Source: an uncultured cyanobacterium (GTDB lineage: Bacteria; Cyanobacteriota; Cyanobacteriia; Leptolyngbyales; Leptolyngbyaceae). Taken from it: a stretch of 64,000 nucleotides of DNA. The first letter of the stretch is position 1. The number at the start of each line of letters is the position of its first letter. The position numbers were made by a program, and so were the translations under genes. Positions 1 through 12,473 of the stretch are shown here, in pieces. Under the pieces are notes generated by a model that was not told where the DNA came from, made no database searches, and saw nothing but the letters and a program-made list of their open reading frames with translations. The stretch spans positions 1 to 64,000 of the forward strand of contig CAVYAN010000061.1 of the NCBI GenBank assembly GCA_963766075.1, read 5' to 3'.

Positions 1-998
1 AAAATAAAGTCCCACTGCGGCTGCAAAGGACTGTCGCGATAGCACGGAAAAAAGCCAAACAAAGCCCGCTGAAATTGCAATTGGTCCAATGCCACCCCCT
101 GGTAGTCCGGCAACAATCGAAAGTATTCTTCAAAAAAATACTCCAGACTGAAGCGATCGGGATGGGCATCCAAATACGTGAACAAATAGGTCGTGCGACC
201 ATCCCGAGCAGGAAACGCCTCCCAAAAATACTGGCACTGGTTTTGCATCGGCGTCGTAGACACCATCAAATCCCCAGAGTCATTCTGGGGAAACCCTGTC
301 GCACAAGTACCCACCACCAAACACACCGCATCGGGCTTCTCGCCTCGGCGGGCTTGCTGCACAATCGGCGAGAAATGGCCCATCGCATCCAGCAGCAGTC
401 GGGTCGTAAACGTTAACGCACCCGACTTTACCGTGACGCCGTTGGTCTGAACGATCGCCGCTTCAAACGGTGCATCCTCCACCAGCGTCCCCCCCGCTGC
501 CAAGAACTTCTGCTTCAGCGTTTCCAGTAAATAAACCGGATCCACGCCAATATTTAGCACATCCTCCACCCAAACTGCCGGTCCACCGTGGAATTGGATC
601 CGGGCGGGATTGTACGCCGTGGCGATCGCCTGGTCCAACTCGGCCTCCGTCAATACCCCCAAGCGGATAAATGCTTGGAGTTCCTGTCGGGAAATATTCC
701 ACTCCTGCACCCGTCCCTGCAAGCGGCCTCGCTCTAGCAGCAGCACCCGCCACCCGCGCTGCACCAGAGTTGCACCGATCAAAATCCCCAACGTACCCCC
801 ACAAATCACCACGTCCCACTCTGGCTCTCTCGACGCTGGCTTTTCCGACGCTGGCTCGAGAGACACGGGATGCTGCTGGACCACTTGGGGAATCGGCAGA
901 TTACCTTGCCGTAGAGCACTCCACAGGGCATCCGCCCGCCGTAGCCCCTCAATCGGGTTTCCGGGCATTGCCGCCAAAATCGGTTCAGTCAGAGTCAT
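1..998 (-). CDS. cruP: CruP-like FAD-dependent lycopene cyclase-family protein, partial (3' end outside window)
   Basis: Not in the ORF track because it runs off the window edge. Translated by hand from ATG 998: MTLTEPILAAMPGNPIEGLRRADALW...WDVVICGGTLGILIGATLVQRGWRVLLLERGRLQGRVQEWNISRQEL, with a Rossmann GGTLG motif and the QEWNISR motif of the CruA/CruP family. Confidence 0.75.
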   Translation of the reverse strand, partial: MTLTEPILAAMPGNPIEGLRRADALWSALRQGNLPIPQVVQQHPVSLEPASEKPASREPEWDVVICGGTLGILIGATLVQRGWRVLLLERGRLQGRVQEWNISRQELQAFIRLGVLTEAELDQAIATAYNPARIQFHGGPAVWVEDVLNIGVDPVYLLETLKQKFLAAGGTLVEDAPFEAAIVQTNGVTVKSGALTFTTRLLLDAMGHFSPIVQQARRGEKPDAVCLVVGTCATGFPQNDSGDLMVSTTPMQNQCQYFWEAFPARDGRTTYLFTYLDAHPDRFSLEYFFEEYFRLLPDYQGVALDQLQFQRALFGFFPCYRDSPLQPQWDFI

Positions 999-1017
999 GC
1001 TAGCTTGCTCACGAGGT

Positions 1018-2187
1018 CTAGGCTCTACCGTAGCGCGATCGCCCAAAGGCGATCGCGCCATTCTGGCCACCAAAGCCAAAGCTCAAACACAGCGCATGAT
1101 CCACCCGCACAGACAGCGCCCCTCTGACAAAATTCAGGTCAAATTCCGCATGGTGCAACCCAACGCAGGGCGGTAATTCTTGCCGATATAGCGCTAAAAG
1201 ACAAAAAGCAGCACCCATCGCCCCCGATGCCCCCAAAGTATGCCCTGTCGCTCCTTTTGTAGAGCTAATCGGCACTCCTAAGGGGAAGCATTGCTGAAGC
1301 AGGGTGGCTTCGCGGCGATCGTTCAGTCCGGTGGCTGTCCCGTGGGCGTGGACATAATCAACGGCCCCAGGAGCCAATCCGCTGCGATCTAGACACTGTT
1401 TCACTGCCCACCGCCCCCATACTCCCCCCGGTTCCGGGGCACTCCGATGATGGCCATCTGCCGTCAGCCCAAACCCCAGCACCCGTCCGTAGACCCTGGC
1501 CTGCCGCTGCTCAGCCACCTCTGCCGCTTCCAATACCAGTACAGCTCCCCCCTCCCCCAACACTAACCCTTCCCGTTGCCGATCAAAGGGATAGCATCCC
1601 GTTTGCGCCAAGGCTCCCATTTGCCGAAAGCCTGCGATTGTCAAGGGAGTAATCGGGGTTTCTACAGCGCCCGCTAACACTCTGGGGTAGTCGCCGCGTC
1701 GGATGAGGTCCGCTGCCTGGGCGATCGCCCAAATTCCTGTAGCACAGGCTGCCATGGGTGCTAAAACCATCGCCCGCGTTTGAATCAGTTGCGCGGCAGC
1801 GATTGCCGCCGCATTTGGCCATCCCTGCCACCACCGCAGTCCCCCATCCATGGGCCCCAATTCTGAGGCCAAGTTCTCCCGAGTCAAGCCCTGATCCAGA
1901 AGGGCCTCCAGCTGCCCCTGCCCACCCCGGCTCGACCCCACGACAACTGCGCAGTCAACTAGGGGCGCAGCTAATCCCGCATCCATCAACGCCGCTGCCA
2001 CGATCTCCCGCGTCAAGGCCGTCAGGTCTCCAGGCGCAGTTCCGATCATCGCCATCGGAGCCGCTGCCAACGCGGAAAACGGCTGCACAGATCGCAGCCC
2101 TGATTCACCGGCCAGCAACCGCCGCCAGGTTGCCTCGCGATCGCCCAAAGCCGAAACCAAGCCCACTCCAGTCACCACTACATCCAT
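1018..2187 (-). CDS. Beta-ketoacyl-ACP synthase (FabF-like)
   Basis: 389 aa; AACATG catalytic Cys, HAHGTAT and STKGATGHTLGA His motifs, C-terminal SFGFGGQN. Confidence 0.9.
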   Translation of the reverse strand: MDVVVTGVGLVSALGDREATWRRLLAGESGLRSVQPFSALAAAPMAMIGTAPGDLTALTREIVAAALMDAGLAAPLVDCAVVVGSSRGGQGQLEALLDQGLTRENLASELGPMDGGLRWWQGWPNAAAIAAAQLIQTRAMVLAPMAACATGIWAIAQAADLIRRGDYPRVLAGAVETPITPLTIAGFRQMGALAQTGCYPFDRQREGLVLGEGGAVLVLEAAEVAEQRQARVYGRVLGFGLTADGHHRSAPEPGGVWGRWAVKQCLDRSGLAPGAVDYVHAHGTATGLNDRREATLLQQCFPLGVPISSTKGATGHTLGASGAMGAAFCLLALYRQELPPCVGLHHAEFDLNFVRGALSVRVDHALCLSFGFGGQNGAIAFGRSRYGRA

Positions 2188-2312
2188 AAGAAATGGAGCA
2201 AAAAATCAGACACAAGCTCAGCCAGGGAACCTGCCTCGGCCCAGCATTCATGCCTCTTTTCTGCCCCAACCTCGCTTGTCCTAATGTATTTCCTGCTATT
2301 TCCTAGCCTGTG

Positions 2313-3083
2313 CTATTTTCCAGCCTGCAAATTCTCAGCACCCTGGGTAATTTTGATCGATTCGATGCGATCGCCCATCTGGATCTTGTCCACGGTTTCC
2401 ATCCCACTGGTGACATAGCCAAACACAGCGTAGTCACCATCCAAGAAATTCACATCCGCCAGAGTAATATAGAACTGGGAGGAGGCTGAATCGGGAAACT
2501 GCGATCGGGCCATCGCCACCGCCCCCCGCTTATGCTTCAGTATCGGAGCCTCATTAATCCCAGCATCCCTGAAAGTCTTGCTGTAGATTGGTGCAGTTGC
2601 TTTTTCCGGCGTGATTTCCAAGGGAATGTAGCGCGCCTGTTGCGTTGCGGGATCCTTATAGCTGCCCGAACCCAACTGTTCAACCGGGAAATTTGGATCT
2701 TTACCCTGGGGATCGCCCGCCTGCACGACAAATGGCTGCGGCTCCCGTACCACCCGATGAAAGATCAATCCGTCATAAACCCCTTTTTGCACCAAATCAA
2801 TGAAATTCCCAGCCGTTATCGGTGCATGGGTCCCATCAATTTCCATCACCACCTTGCTTCCTTTCACCACCATTTCCACCGTGGCCTTTCCCACTAGTTT
2901 GGCCATGCTAGGAGTCGCCGGTGCCGAGGCCACGACCGTTGGCGATGGACTTGCAGACGCGACGGGTGAAGGACTGGCCAAAGCAGACGATTCTGAGGAT
3001 TTTTGGCCACTACATCCCCCCAAGAGTAACGCGCCAGCGACCACAACCACCACGAGCCACCGCTGAAAAAATTGTTGCATCAC
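2313..3083 (-). CDS. Cyclophilin-type peptidyl-prolyl isomerase, lipoprotein
   Basis: Lipobox LLLGGC; APITAGNF, FHRVV, GAVAMARS, SASSQFYI and YAVFG motifs. Confidence 0.9.
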   Translation of the reverse strand: MMQQFFQRWLVVVVVAGALLLGGCSGQKSSESSALASPSPVASASPSPTVVASAPATPSMAKLVGKATVEMVVKGSKVVMEIDGTHAPITAGNFIDLVQKGVYDGLIFHRVVREPQPFVVQAGDPQGKDPNFPVEQLGSGSYKDPATQQARYIPLEITPEKATAPIYSKTFRDAGINEAPILKHKRGAVAMARSQFPDSASSQFYITLADVNFLDGDYAVFGYVTSGMETVDKIQMGDRIESIKITQGAENLQAGK

Positions 3084-3209
3084 GTCATCCCCAACTCAGT
3101 AAGAGTGAATATTATGGCACCCCCGGGACTGCGGCACACCAAATTTAGGAAGCAAACAACCCCCCGGACCCGGCTCTCTCCATCTCTCTGCTGCTGTCTT
3201 CTGACCGAG

Positions 3210-3791
3210 CTAAAGCCCTTCCAGCGGCACTTCTAGAAATCTGGCCAGTTCTGCCCCTTGATTTTCCAGCTCCGCCAGAGAAATGGGCTGTCCCACGCGG
3301 GTAAGGGGAATATCGCGGCGATTCTTCACCCGTAGGTAAAGCGATCGCTTTGGGTTTAGCCCATCCCGTAGATCTACCTTAACCGCTGCCACTTCCTCAG
3401 TTTTACAGGTCAATTCAACCTTGCGATTTTTCCCGGGAAAGCCCCAGCGAAAAATCGTTACTTGCCCTTTGTCCTTATCAAACTCGTTGTAACCTCCTCC
3501 CACATCCCAACCCATAGTCAACCAAAGATACATCCCCAACAGCGTTGCGGATACACCATAAAAACCCATGGCCACCCCCTGAGGTAGGAAGATCAACTGG
3601 GTGGGGTCAGAAAACGGCAGCAAGTTCACCTGAAGGTAGCTAGACAACCCTGCCAGCAAAAACCCGGCCCCGCCAATTTGGACAACCGTAGCCCAAAATA
3701 AATTGCTAAACCGCCGAGAACCAATCACTGTCTGGCGCAAGATGCGCTGTTCCGTGGTAGAAGAACCCGTGGAAGTCTTGGATAAAGTCAT
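3210..3791 (-). CDS. ycf4: Photosystem I assembly protein Ycf4
   Basis: GSRRFSNLFWA, PQGVAMGFYG, FRWGFPGKNR and LARFLEVPLEGL motifs; divergent from psbD; ATG at 3791. Confidence 0.95.
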   Translation of the reverse strand: MTLSKTSTGSSTTEQRILRQTVIGSRRFSNLFWATVVQIGGAGFLLAGLSSYLQVNLLPFSDPTQLIFLPQGVAMGFYGVSATLLGMYLWLTMGWDVGGGYNEFDKDKGQVTIFRWGFPGKNRKVELTCKTEEVAAVKVDLRDGLNPKRSLYLRVKNRRDIPLTRVGQPISLAELENQGAELARFLEVPLEGL

Positions 3792-4009
3792 AAAGCAACA
3801 CAAATCAGGACAATTTGAAACGAAGTATCCAAAGCCATGGCCCTAAGAACTGGGTCGCAGCAGCCACCGAAGCGAGAGCCGACCCGTTTAGGCAAATCCT
3901 CATCGATCGCCACTCTCATGTAAATTGATTTTAGCCGATGCCGTGTCCGCACTGAAGCCAATCCCGAGGGACCTCGACGAGGCACCTTAAATGAGATTTA
4001 CGTATCAGT

Positions 4010-4037
4010 TTGTAAAATTTCTAATTTTGCTTATGAT
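4010..4037 (+). promoter_or_regulatory. Putative sigma70-type psbD promoter
   Basis: TTGTAA (4010-4015), 16 nt, TATGAT (4032-4037), about 65 nt upstream of the psbD ATG. Confidence 0.5.
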
Positions 4038-4103
4038 GTTAGAGATATAAACCTTGTTCAATTTAGAGAACCTGCACTTTTAGTAACTTAAGGATCTAAT
4101 CCT

Positions 4104-5162
4104 ATGACCATCGCAGTCGGACGCGTTGGCGAGCAGCGAGGGATCTTTGATGTCCTCGACGACTGGCTGAAACGCGATCGGTTTGTCTTCATCGGTTGGT
4201 CTGGTCTGCTGCTGTTCCCCTGCGCCTTCTTGGCCGTGGGCGGCTGGATGACCGGCACAACGTTTGTTTCTTCGTGGTACACCCACGGGTTAGCCTCCTC
4301 CTATCTGGAAGGCTGTAACTTTTTGACCGTGGCCGTCTCCACCCCCGCCAACAGCTTGGGCCATTCCATCCTGTTTCTGTGGGGACCGGAAGCGCAAGGG
4401 GACTTCACCCGCTGGTGCCAATTGGGCGGCCTGTGGACCTTTGTGGCCCTGCACGGTGCCTTTGGTCTGATTGGCTTCTGCCTGCGTCAGATTGAGATTG
4501 CCCGTCTGGTCGGCATTCGGCCTTACAATGCGATCGCCTTCACCGGCCCCATTGCTGTCTTCGTCAGCGTGTTTCTGATGTACCCCTTGGGTCAATCCGG
4601 TTGGTTCTTCGCTCCCAGTTTTGGGGTAGCGTCAATCTTCCGCTTCCTGTTGTTCCTGCAAGGGTTCCACAACTGGACCTTGAACCCCTTCCACATGATG
4701 GGCGTGGCCGGCATTCTGGGCGGTGCGTTGCTGTGTGCGATTCACGGCGCGACGGTGGAAAACACCTTGTTCCAAGACAGTGAGCAGTCGAACACCTTCC
4801 GCGCCTTTGAACCGACCCAAGCGGAAGAAACCTACTCGATGGTGACGGCCAATCGGTTCTGGTCTCAAATCTTCGGGATTGCCTTTTCCAACAAGCGCTG
4901 GTTGCACTTCTTCATGTTGTTCGTCCCGGTGACGGGCCTATGGATGAGTTCGGTGGGCATTGTGGGCTTGGCGTTGAACCTGCGGGCCTATGACTTTGTG
5001 TCTCAGGAACTGCGGGCGGCGGAAGACCCCGAGTTTGAAACGTTCTACACCAAGAATATTCTGCTGAATGAGGGCATCCGCGCTTGGATGGCTCCTGCTG
5101 ATCAGCCTCACGAAAAATTTGTATTCCCCGAAGAGGTACTGCCGCGTGGTAACGCTCTCTAA
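4104..5162 (+). CDS. psbD: Photosystem II D2 protein
   Basis: 352 aa; [16 protein letters not shown]...[10 protein letters not shown]. Confidence 0.99.
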   Translation: MTIAVGRVGEQRGIFDVLDDWLKRDRFVFIGWSGLLLFPCAFLAVGGWMTGTTFVSSWYTHGLASSYLEGCNFLTVAVSTPANSLGHSILFLWGPEAQGDFTRWCQLGGLWTFVALHGAFGLIGFCLRQIEIARLVGIRPYNAIAFTGPIAVFVSVFLMYPLGQSGWFFAPSFGVASIFRFLLFLQGFHNWTLNPFHMMGVAGILGGALLCAIHGATVENTLFQDSEQSNTFRAFEPTQAEETYSMVTANRFWSQIFGIAFSNKRWLHFFMLFVPVTGLWMSSVGIVGLALNLRAYDFVSQELRAAEDPEFETFYTKNILLNEGIRAWMAPADQPHEKFVFPEEVLPRGNAL

Positions 5163-6531
5163 TAGTTCAATTGTGGCGGGTAACCGTGACCTGGAATCTT
5201 CAGGGTTTGCCTGGTGGTCCGGCAATGCTCGGTTAATCAACTTGTCTGGCAAGCTCCTAGGTGCTCACGTCGCTCACGCAGGCTTAATTGTCTTCTGGGC
5301 TGGTGCCATGTGCTTGTTTGAGTTGGCCCACTTTATTCCGGAAAAGCCCATGTACGAGCAGGGGATTATCCTTCTGTCGCACTTGGCAGCGCAAGGCTGG
5401 GGCGTGGGACCCGGCGGTGAAATCGTCGATACCTTCCCCTACTTTGTTGTGGGTGTTGTTCACTTGATCTCCTCCGCCGTGCTCGGCATTGGTGGGATCT
5501 ACCACGCTGTTCGTGGTCCAGAAACCTTGGAAGAATACTCCAGTTTCTTTGGCTACGACTGGAAAGACAAGAACCAGATGACCAATATCATTGGCTATCA
5601 CCTAATTATCTTGGGTTGTGGTGCCTTGTTATTGGTGGCTAAGGCCATGGCATTTGGCGGCTTGTATGACACTTGGGCTCCGGGCGGCGGTGACGTGCGC
5701 GTCATTACTAACCCCACCCTTAATCCCGCGATCATCTTTGGCTATCTGCTGAAGTCTCCCTTTGGTGGCGACGGCTGGATTGTTAGTGTGGATAACTTGG
5801 AAGATGTCGTCGGTGGTCACATCTGGATTGGTTTGATTTGTATCGGCGGCGGTATCTGGCACATTCTGACCAAGCCCTTTGCCTGGGCGCGTCGTGCTTT
5901 GATCTGGTCCGGTGAGGCTTACCTTTCCTACAGCTTGGGTGCGTTGGGCCTCATGGGCTTTATCACGTCCTGCTTTGTTTGGTACAACAACACCGTCTAT
6001 CCCAGTGAATTCTTTGGCCCTACGGGTCCAGAAGCCTCTCAAGCACAAGCGATGACCTTCCTGATTCGCGACCAAAAGCTAGGTGCCAACGTTGGTTCGG
6101 CCCAAGGTCCTACGGGTCTGGGTAAGTACCTGATGCGCTCCCCCACGGGTGAAATTATCTTTGGTGGTGAAACCATGCGCTTCTGGGATTTCCGTGGCCC
6201 TTGGCTGGAGCCTTTGCGCGGTCCCAATGGTCTGGACTTGAACAAGATTAAGAACGACATTCAACCTTGGCAAGTGCGCCGTGCAGCGGAGTACATGACC
6301 CATGCGCCTCTGGGTTCTTTGAACTCGGTGGGTGGTGTGGCGACGGAGATTAACTCCTTCAACTATGTATCTCCTCGTGCCTGGTTAGCCTGTTTCCACT
6401 TTGTGATGGGATTCTTTTTCTTCGTGGGTCACCTATGGCATGCGGGTCGTGCTCGTGCGGCGGCTGGCGGCTTTGAGAAGGGTATCGATCGCGAATCTGA
6501 ACCCGTGTTGACCATGCCCAACCTTGACTAA
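5146..6531 (+). CDS. psbC: Photosystem II CP43 protein
   Basis: GTG start at 5146 overlapping the psbD end, the usual arrangement; [28 protein letters not shown]...GFEKGIDRE. Confidence 0.99.
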   Translation: MVTLSNSSIVAGNRDLESSGFAWWSGNARLINLSGKLLGAHVAHAGLIVFWAGAMCLFELAHFIPEKPMYEQGIILLSHLAAQGWGVGPGGEIVDTFPYFVVGVVHLISSAVLGIGGIYHAVRGPETLEEYSSFFGYDWKDKNQMTNIIGYHLIILGCGALLLVAKAMAFGGLYDTWAPGGGDVRVITNPTLNPAIIFGYLLKSPFGGDGWIVSVDNLEDVVGGHIWIGLICIGGGIWHILTKPFAWARRALIWSGEAYLSYSLGALGLMGFITSCFVWYNNTVYPSEFFGPTGPEASQAQAMTFLIRDQKLGANVGSAQGPTGLGKYLMRSPTGEIIFGGETMRFWDFRGPWLEPLRGPNGLDLNKIKNDIQPWQVRRAAEYMTHAPLGSLNSVGGVATEINSFNYVSPRAWLACFHFVMGFFFFVGHLWHAGRARAAAGGFEKGIDRESEPVLTMPNLD

Positions 6532-6579
6532 TCAAGCGTTGGTCTGGTTAATGGGCTAAAACCTGAGGTGAATCGATCT

Positions 6580-6625
6580 AAATCAAGAGGGACGGCTGCA
6601 TTGCAGCCGTCCCTCTTGATTTTTT
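6580..6625 (+). terminator. Intrinsic terminator after psbC, probably bidirectional
   Basis: Perfect 21-bp inverted repeat AAATCAAGAGGGACGGCTGCA-t-TGCAGCCGTCCCTCTTGATTT followed by a T run; lies between convergent genes. Confidence 0.85.
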
Positions 6626-6711
6626 AGATCATGTGCTTTTGAAAAATAAAAGGTTAGAGACACTTCCTAAACAAATCAAACAAATCCCTGAGACACAACC
6701 TATTTTTCGGG

Positions 6712-8379
6712 TTAATCATCCTGGATCATGAACTCGACAACTTCGTTCTGTGAACTGCCAAACTTAATCTGCGTCCCGGACTGTAGGGCCACTTCTTCCC
6801 GATGAACTTTGTTCCACCCGTCAGCGCAGGATATCCAGGTGCCAAACGTCGAGAAGTCCTCTAGAAAGTAAATAGTGGTGGAACGGCCACTGACTTGGGA
6901 CTGGCGGCAAAAGATCACCGCATGCTTACGAGAAACACCGCCCTGATCTTCGTATAACACCAGATCGTTTTCGGATTTATCGCGACCCACGCGCATAATG
7001 CCGCCGTGAATTTGCCAAACTTTAGCTGTGCGCAACGATCGCAGTGAGGCGATCGGAATTTGCTTGCCAATGCGCGTCGTTAGCGCTGGCAACTGCGTTA
7101 AATTTTGCTCCAGGGGCTTCAGTAGTTCCCCTTCAAATTGGGGGTGCATGTACAGCACCGGGAGGGTCCAAGCCTGCTGATTGAACTTGTAGAGTGTGAG
7201 CAATTGCTGACGCGCCACAGCCACCGATTGATCAATGGGCAAACGATCCGCCAGTGCTCTGGCAAACGCCTGAATAAAACTGAGCGCCTCCTCGTCGGTA
7301 ATGGAGTCTCGCATCCCCAAAACCGCCGGGACACCGTGATGGATCAGCACTTCCGCCAAACTACTACGGGGAATCGCCTGGGAAGGAGATGGCTTCTCGT
7401 TAGCGCCTTCTACATCCTGGTGATCGGGCTGTGCCCCCCAGCAGGCATTAAATACAGCCAGCTTCACCTGGCAGCGCGTTAACACCTGGGCCAGCTCAGT
7501 CCCATTCAAGGTCATTTCTGGTCGCAAAAATAATAAACCGCCATCCGCCGCCGGAACCCCATGTCCGGCATAGAACAGCACATTATAGGTGCGGGTTTCC
7601 AGGGCTTCGATTAGGTCAGCCGGAGTAGGCTGGACCAACGTGTCTACCTGGCAAAGTCGATCTCCATGACTTTGGCCGCTACTCGCAGCGGATTTGAGGA
7701 CATAGGCTAGAGCTGTCGCTTCTTGTTCAAGCTTGAGGATTTGCAGCGGGTCTGTGGGGGCCGCCCCGCCGATGGTCGGCACTGTATTTTGACCGAGCAC
7801 GAGGAGAATTTTGAGGCTGGAGTCCGATTGCAGCGGCGGCAACTGACTGACATCGCTCGTGGTACGACTAAATAAAACCTGTTGGCTAAGGGAAATGGCT
7901 TGCTTGCCCGCGCCATCCTGCATAATCTCCCACGGCAAAGCAATCATGCAGGGATCGCGAATCTCTAAGCGCAGGCGGAGCGGCTTATTTTGTCCCATCG
8001 CAATCCCTTGGCTATGGTTAAGGCTGTTTTGGATTGCGCCCTCAAACAGCCATTGCCAGAGTCCCATTCCCAAATTTTGCATGAGCCGTCCAGCCCGACC
8101 AGTCGGCTGTCCTGGGGAAGCTTCAGAACTTTCGGCAGGCACGCTGACTGGGAGCAAGGGGCCATGAACTTGAGACACCTGGGGCACGGCGGGTAAGGCC
8201 CGGGTAGAAAACATTTCTTGCCAGCCGTGCCAAAGCTGATTCAGCCCCTCTGACCAACGACTGTCATTAAGGACATAGCCCCCTGGATAAGGGGCCTGGA
8301 TAATGTGGATCGCAAAATGTCCAGGCATTTTGAGGGGGGCGATCGCCACACTCAAACAAGGGAGTTCAGACGCAGGCAT
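6712..8379 (-). CDS. CHAT (caspase/HetF-type) protease domain plus C-terminal FHA domain
   Basis: LPWEIM, FYAGHG (His), FNACWG (Cys), AVLGM and WTLPVLY motifs; FHA motifs VGR...VSRKHA...LEDFSTFGT. Confidence 0.85.
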   Translation of the reverse strand: MPASELPCLSVAIAPLKMPGHFAIHIIQAPYPGGYVLNDSRWSEGLNQLWHGWQEMFSTRALPAVPQVSQVHGPLLPVSVPAESSEASPGQPTGRAGRLMQNLGMGLWQWLFEGAIQNSLNHSQGIAMGQNKPLRLRLEIRDPCMIALPWEIMQDGAGKQAISLSQQVLFSRTTSDVSQLPPLQSDSSLKILLVLGQNTVPTIGGAAPTDPLQILKLEQEATALAYVLKSAASSGQSHGDRLCQVDTLVQPTPADLIEALETRTYNVLFYAGHGVPAADGGLLFLRPEMTLNGTELAQVLTRCQVKLAVFNACWGAQPDHQDVEGANEKPSPSQAIPRSSLAEVLIHHGVPAVLGMRDSITDEEALSFIQAFARALADRLPIDQSVAVARQQLLTLYKFNQQAWTLPVLYMHPQFEGELLKPLEQNLTQLPALTTRIGKQIPIASLRSLRTAKVWQIHGGIMRVGRDKSENDLVLYEDQGGVSRKHAVIFCRQSQVSGRSTTIYFLEDFSTFGTWISCADGWNKVHREEVALQSGTQIKFGSSQNEVVEFMIQDD

Positions 8380-8439
8380 TCAACGTAGGGTAAGGCTCTA
8401 GGATAGGACGAAGGCGATTTGGACTAGGACTATTGGGAG

Positions 8440-10832
8440 CTATAGCCGTTTGGGCTCTGGCTGTTTAGGCACGGGATGGGCGGGCGGATTGATCATTTGA
8501 GTAGAGGGAGAAGGTACAGGGAGCGGCACTAGAGGCGGCCCACAGGTGCCTCGTTGGGTAGGCTGGAGGGTGGGAGTCGGGTTCACTAAAGGGGCGATCG
8601 CACGTTCCGCAACCCATCCTACGGTTCCCGGTGGCGGAACCTGGGGCGCGGCACGGGACGGATCAGGAACGGAACAAACCTTGATTTTGAGCCAAGCCCC
8701 TTGGTTAGGAATTTCTTGGCGACTGGAAATTTGCAGCACCGTGCCTACAGGTAAAATTCCCGGGGTAACGTTGGCATTGGCCGATTCTGGCTGGCTCATC
8801 AGGGAAACCGTGAATTTACCCGCACTGTCTAGGGCCTCACGGTTGACTTGGATGAGAGTGTCTACTGCCAATTTATCCGGGGAACTGGCGGGTGTCGCCA
8901 GCAAGGGCGTCGCATCCGGTTCAACAGACGGGCCAGCTTGAATGCTGAGAATGGGATCTACCCACCGTCGCACGCCCGGAAAGGCGCTATAGGCCAGCCC
9001 TACCCCTAGCCCCCAAAGGCCAACAATACCTAATAGGATAAGCAGGGGAGAGCGGGCCTTTGGGGATGGCGGCAGCACTTTAGAGTGGCGGCAGGCGGGG
9101 CCGCAGCAACGGGCGGATCCACCGGCACGGAGCGGCGCTTTGGGAGCGGCGCAGTAAGCGCCTGGGTGACCCAGGCCGGACTGACGGCAGTAGTTGCCCT
9201 TCCTGAAACGCTTGTTTTGCAGTGAATTAACCCCACGGTGACGTTATCGTGGCCATTGCGGCTGTTAGCAATTTCCACTAGGCGTTGGCTGGCTAATGCC
9301 ACATCTAGACTGCCGTCTAGCACGGGCAATAGATGACTTTGCCAAATGTGTTCCACCAAATCGTTATCGCTAAGCCCATCGGAGCACAACAGAAATAAGC
9401 ATTCCTCATCTAAAACAAAGCGCTGCGTAGTGGGATGCAACAGGCTGGAGGCACTCATGCCCAGAGCTTGGATCAGCGCCCCCGCAGAGGGCTTTTGCAG
9501 CGCATGGCGATAGAGCGCATAGCCCAGGCGAGATTCGCGCGACGCCAAGTCATCATCTAGGGTAACCTGGTGGCAATTACTGCGGGTAATGCGATAAGCA
9601 CGGCTGTCGCCGACATGAGTTAAGTACAGGGCTTGGTCGTGGATCAGGGTCATCACCAGTGTGGTGCCCATGCGCTGCCGTTCCTGCCGCTTTTCTTGAT
9701 CGTTGCGCTGGGAAATAGCCGTATTCGCATTCAGGACCGCGTTTTCCATCTGGGCGGTGATGGCCAGCGGGTGCGGATCCGTATTAGGCAGGGTGTTCTG
9801 CAAACAGGTTTGAACCGTCGCGATCGCCAATCCCGAAGCCACATTGCCCCCTTCATGCCCCCCAATGCCATCGCACACGATTAGCAGAGGTAACGTCGGG
9901 TCCGCAATACCGGGATTTGTCAGGGACCAAAAGGTCCCTGAAGCGGGATAGCAGGCATCTTCGTTGCGCTGCCGGGTTGGCCCTTGATCCGTCTGGGTGG
10001 CCAGGGTGATGTGGCGCGATCGCGCCACATCACCCAAGGCAGATTCCAAAACCTGGACCACGGCGTCCCCCGTATCCAGCGGTCCCTGCCCCATTTGCGG
10101 GCACAGGCAGGTCAAAAACTCCCGAATGTCGGGGTGGGCGGTGTCAATCCACTGCTGCCACTGCTGCCCCAAGTCAGCGATCGTCGGCATAGTTTGGCGA
10201 TCCAACTTCAACTCCAGCAAGCGCACCCGATCCCCTTCCACCCGTAAATTATCTGAACAGAGTAAGGTGGAGGCCACTTTTTCTTGCTTCAGGATGGCCC
10301 ATAGGCCCGCAACTTGCCACAGCCAATTCAACTGCCGTAACGCCGAACCACCCCGCCAAACCTCTACTAGTCGAGGCAATGGACCTACCGATGGCCCCGT
10401 TGCCCCAGCATGGCTGTAATCCTGAATCGGGGCATTTTCCAGGAGCAAGAATTCTCGCCGGGTACCATCATCCAACACATCATCCAGCAAATTGAGCACG
10501 CCATAAATCTGTGGCACCGACACCCTATGGTGAGACAGCTTTAGATAAGGCTCCATAGCTAGAGAAATATCCAGGGGCGAATCCGGCAATAGCGCTGGCT
10601 TTGTGTCTAACAGAACTCGCGGTGCTACAACGCGGTAGCGATTCTGGGACGGATCTCGGGATGAGGCCCCCACCCAGTCCCCCACGAAAAACTGCTCAGC
10701 CTGCGGACCAACTAGCCAGACGTGCATCCGTGTCAATGGCGTACCACAGCGCTGACAAGCGGCTGCCGCATCCGGATTAGGACTTTGGCACAGTGGATTA
10801 GAGCAATGAAGAGTAAAGGGGTCGCTAGGCAT
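8440..10832 (-). CDS. PP2C/PPM Ser/Thr phosphatase with N-terminal Zn-ribbon, one TM helix and a C-terminal domain; split by a frameshift near 9078
   Basis: TDQGPTRQRNED, VCDGIGGH, HVGDSRAY, LCSDGL and GHDNVT motifs. ORFs 9030-10832 and 8440-9078 join if one base is added at CTAAAGTG. Confidence 0.8.
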
Positions 10833-10979
10833 GGATTAACGCTAAAGCCGACACGGATAAACCGTTCCTCTCATGTTAAACCTAGTCGTCAGGCATGGCG
10901 ACTTTGGCAGGCGGCAAATCTTGAAGTTTGTAGCGATTGGGATAAAAAATGTCGGAAAAACCCAATTCCGTGGATTGGC

Positions 10980-12434
<1,455 letters not shown>

Positions 12435-12473
12435 TTAACGGTTATAAAGGGAGTTTGGCACGGAGAAGTTTCT

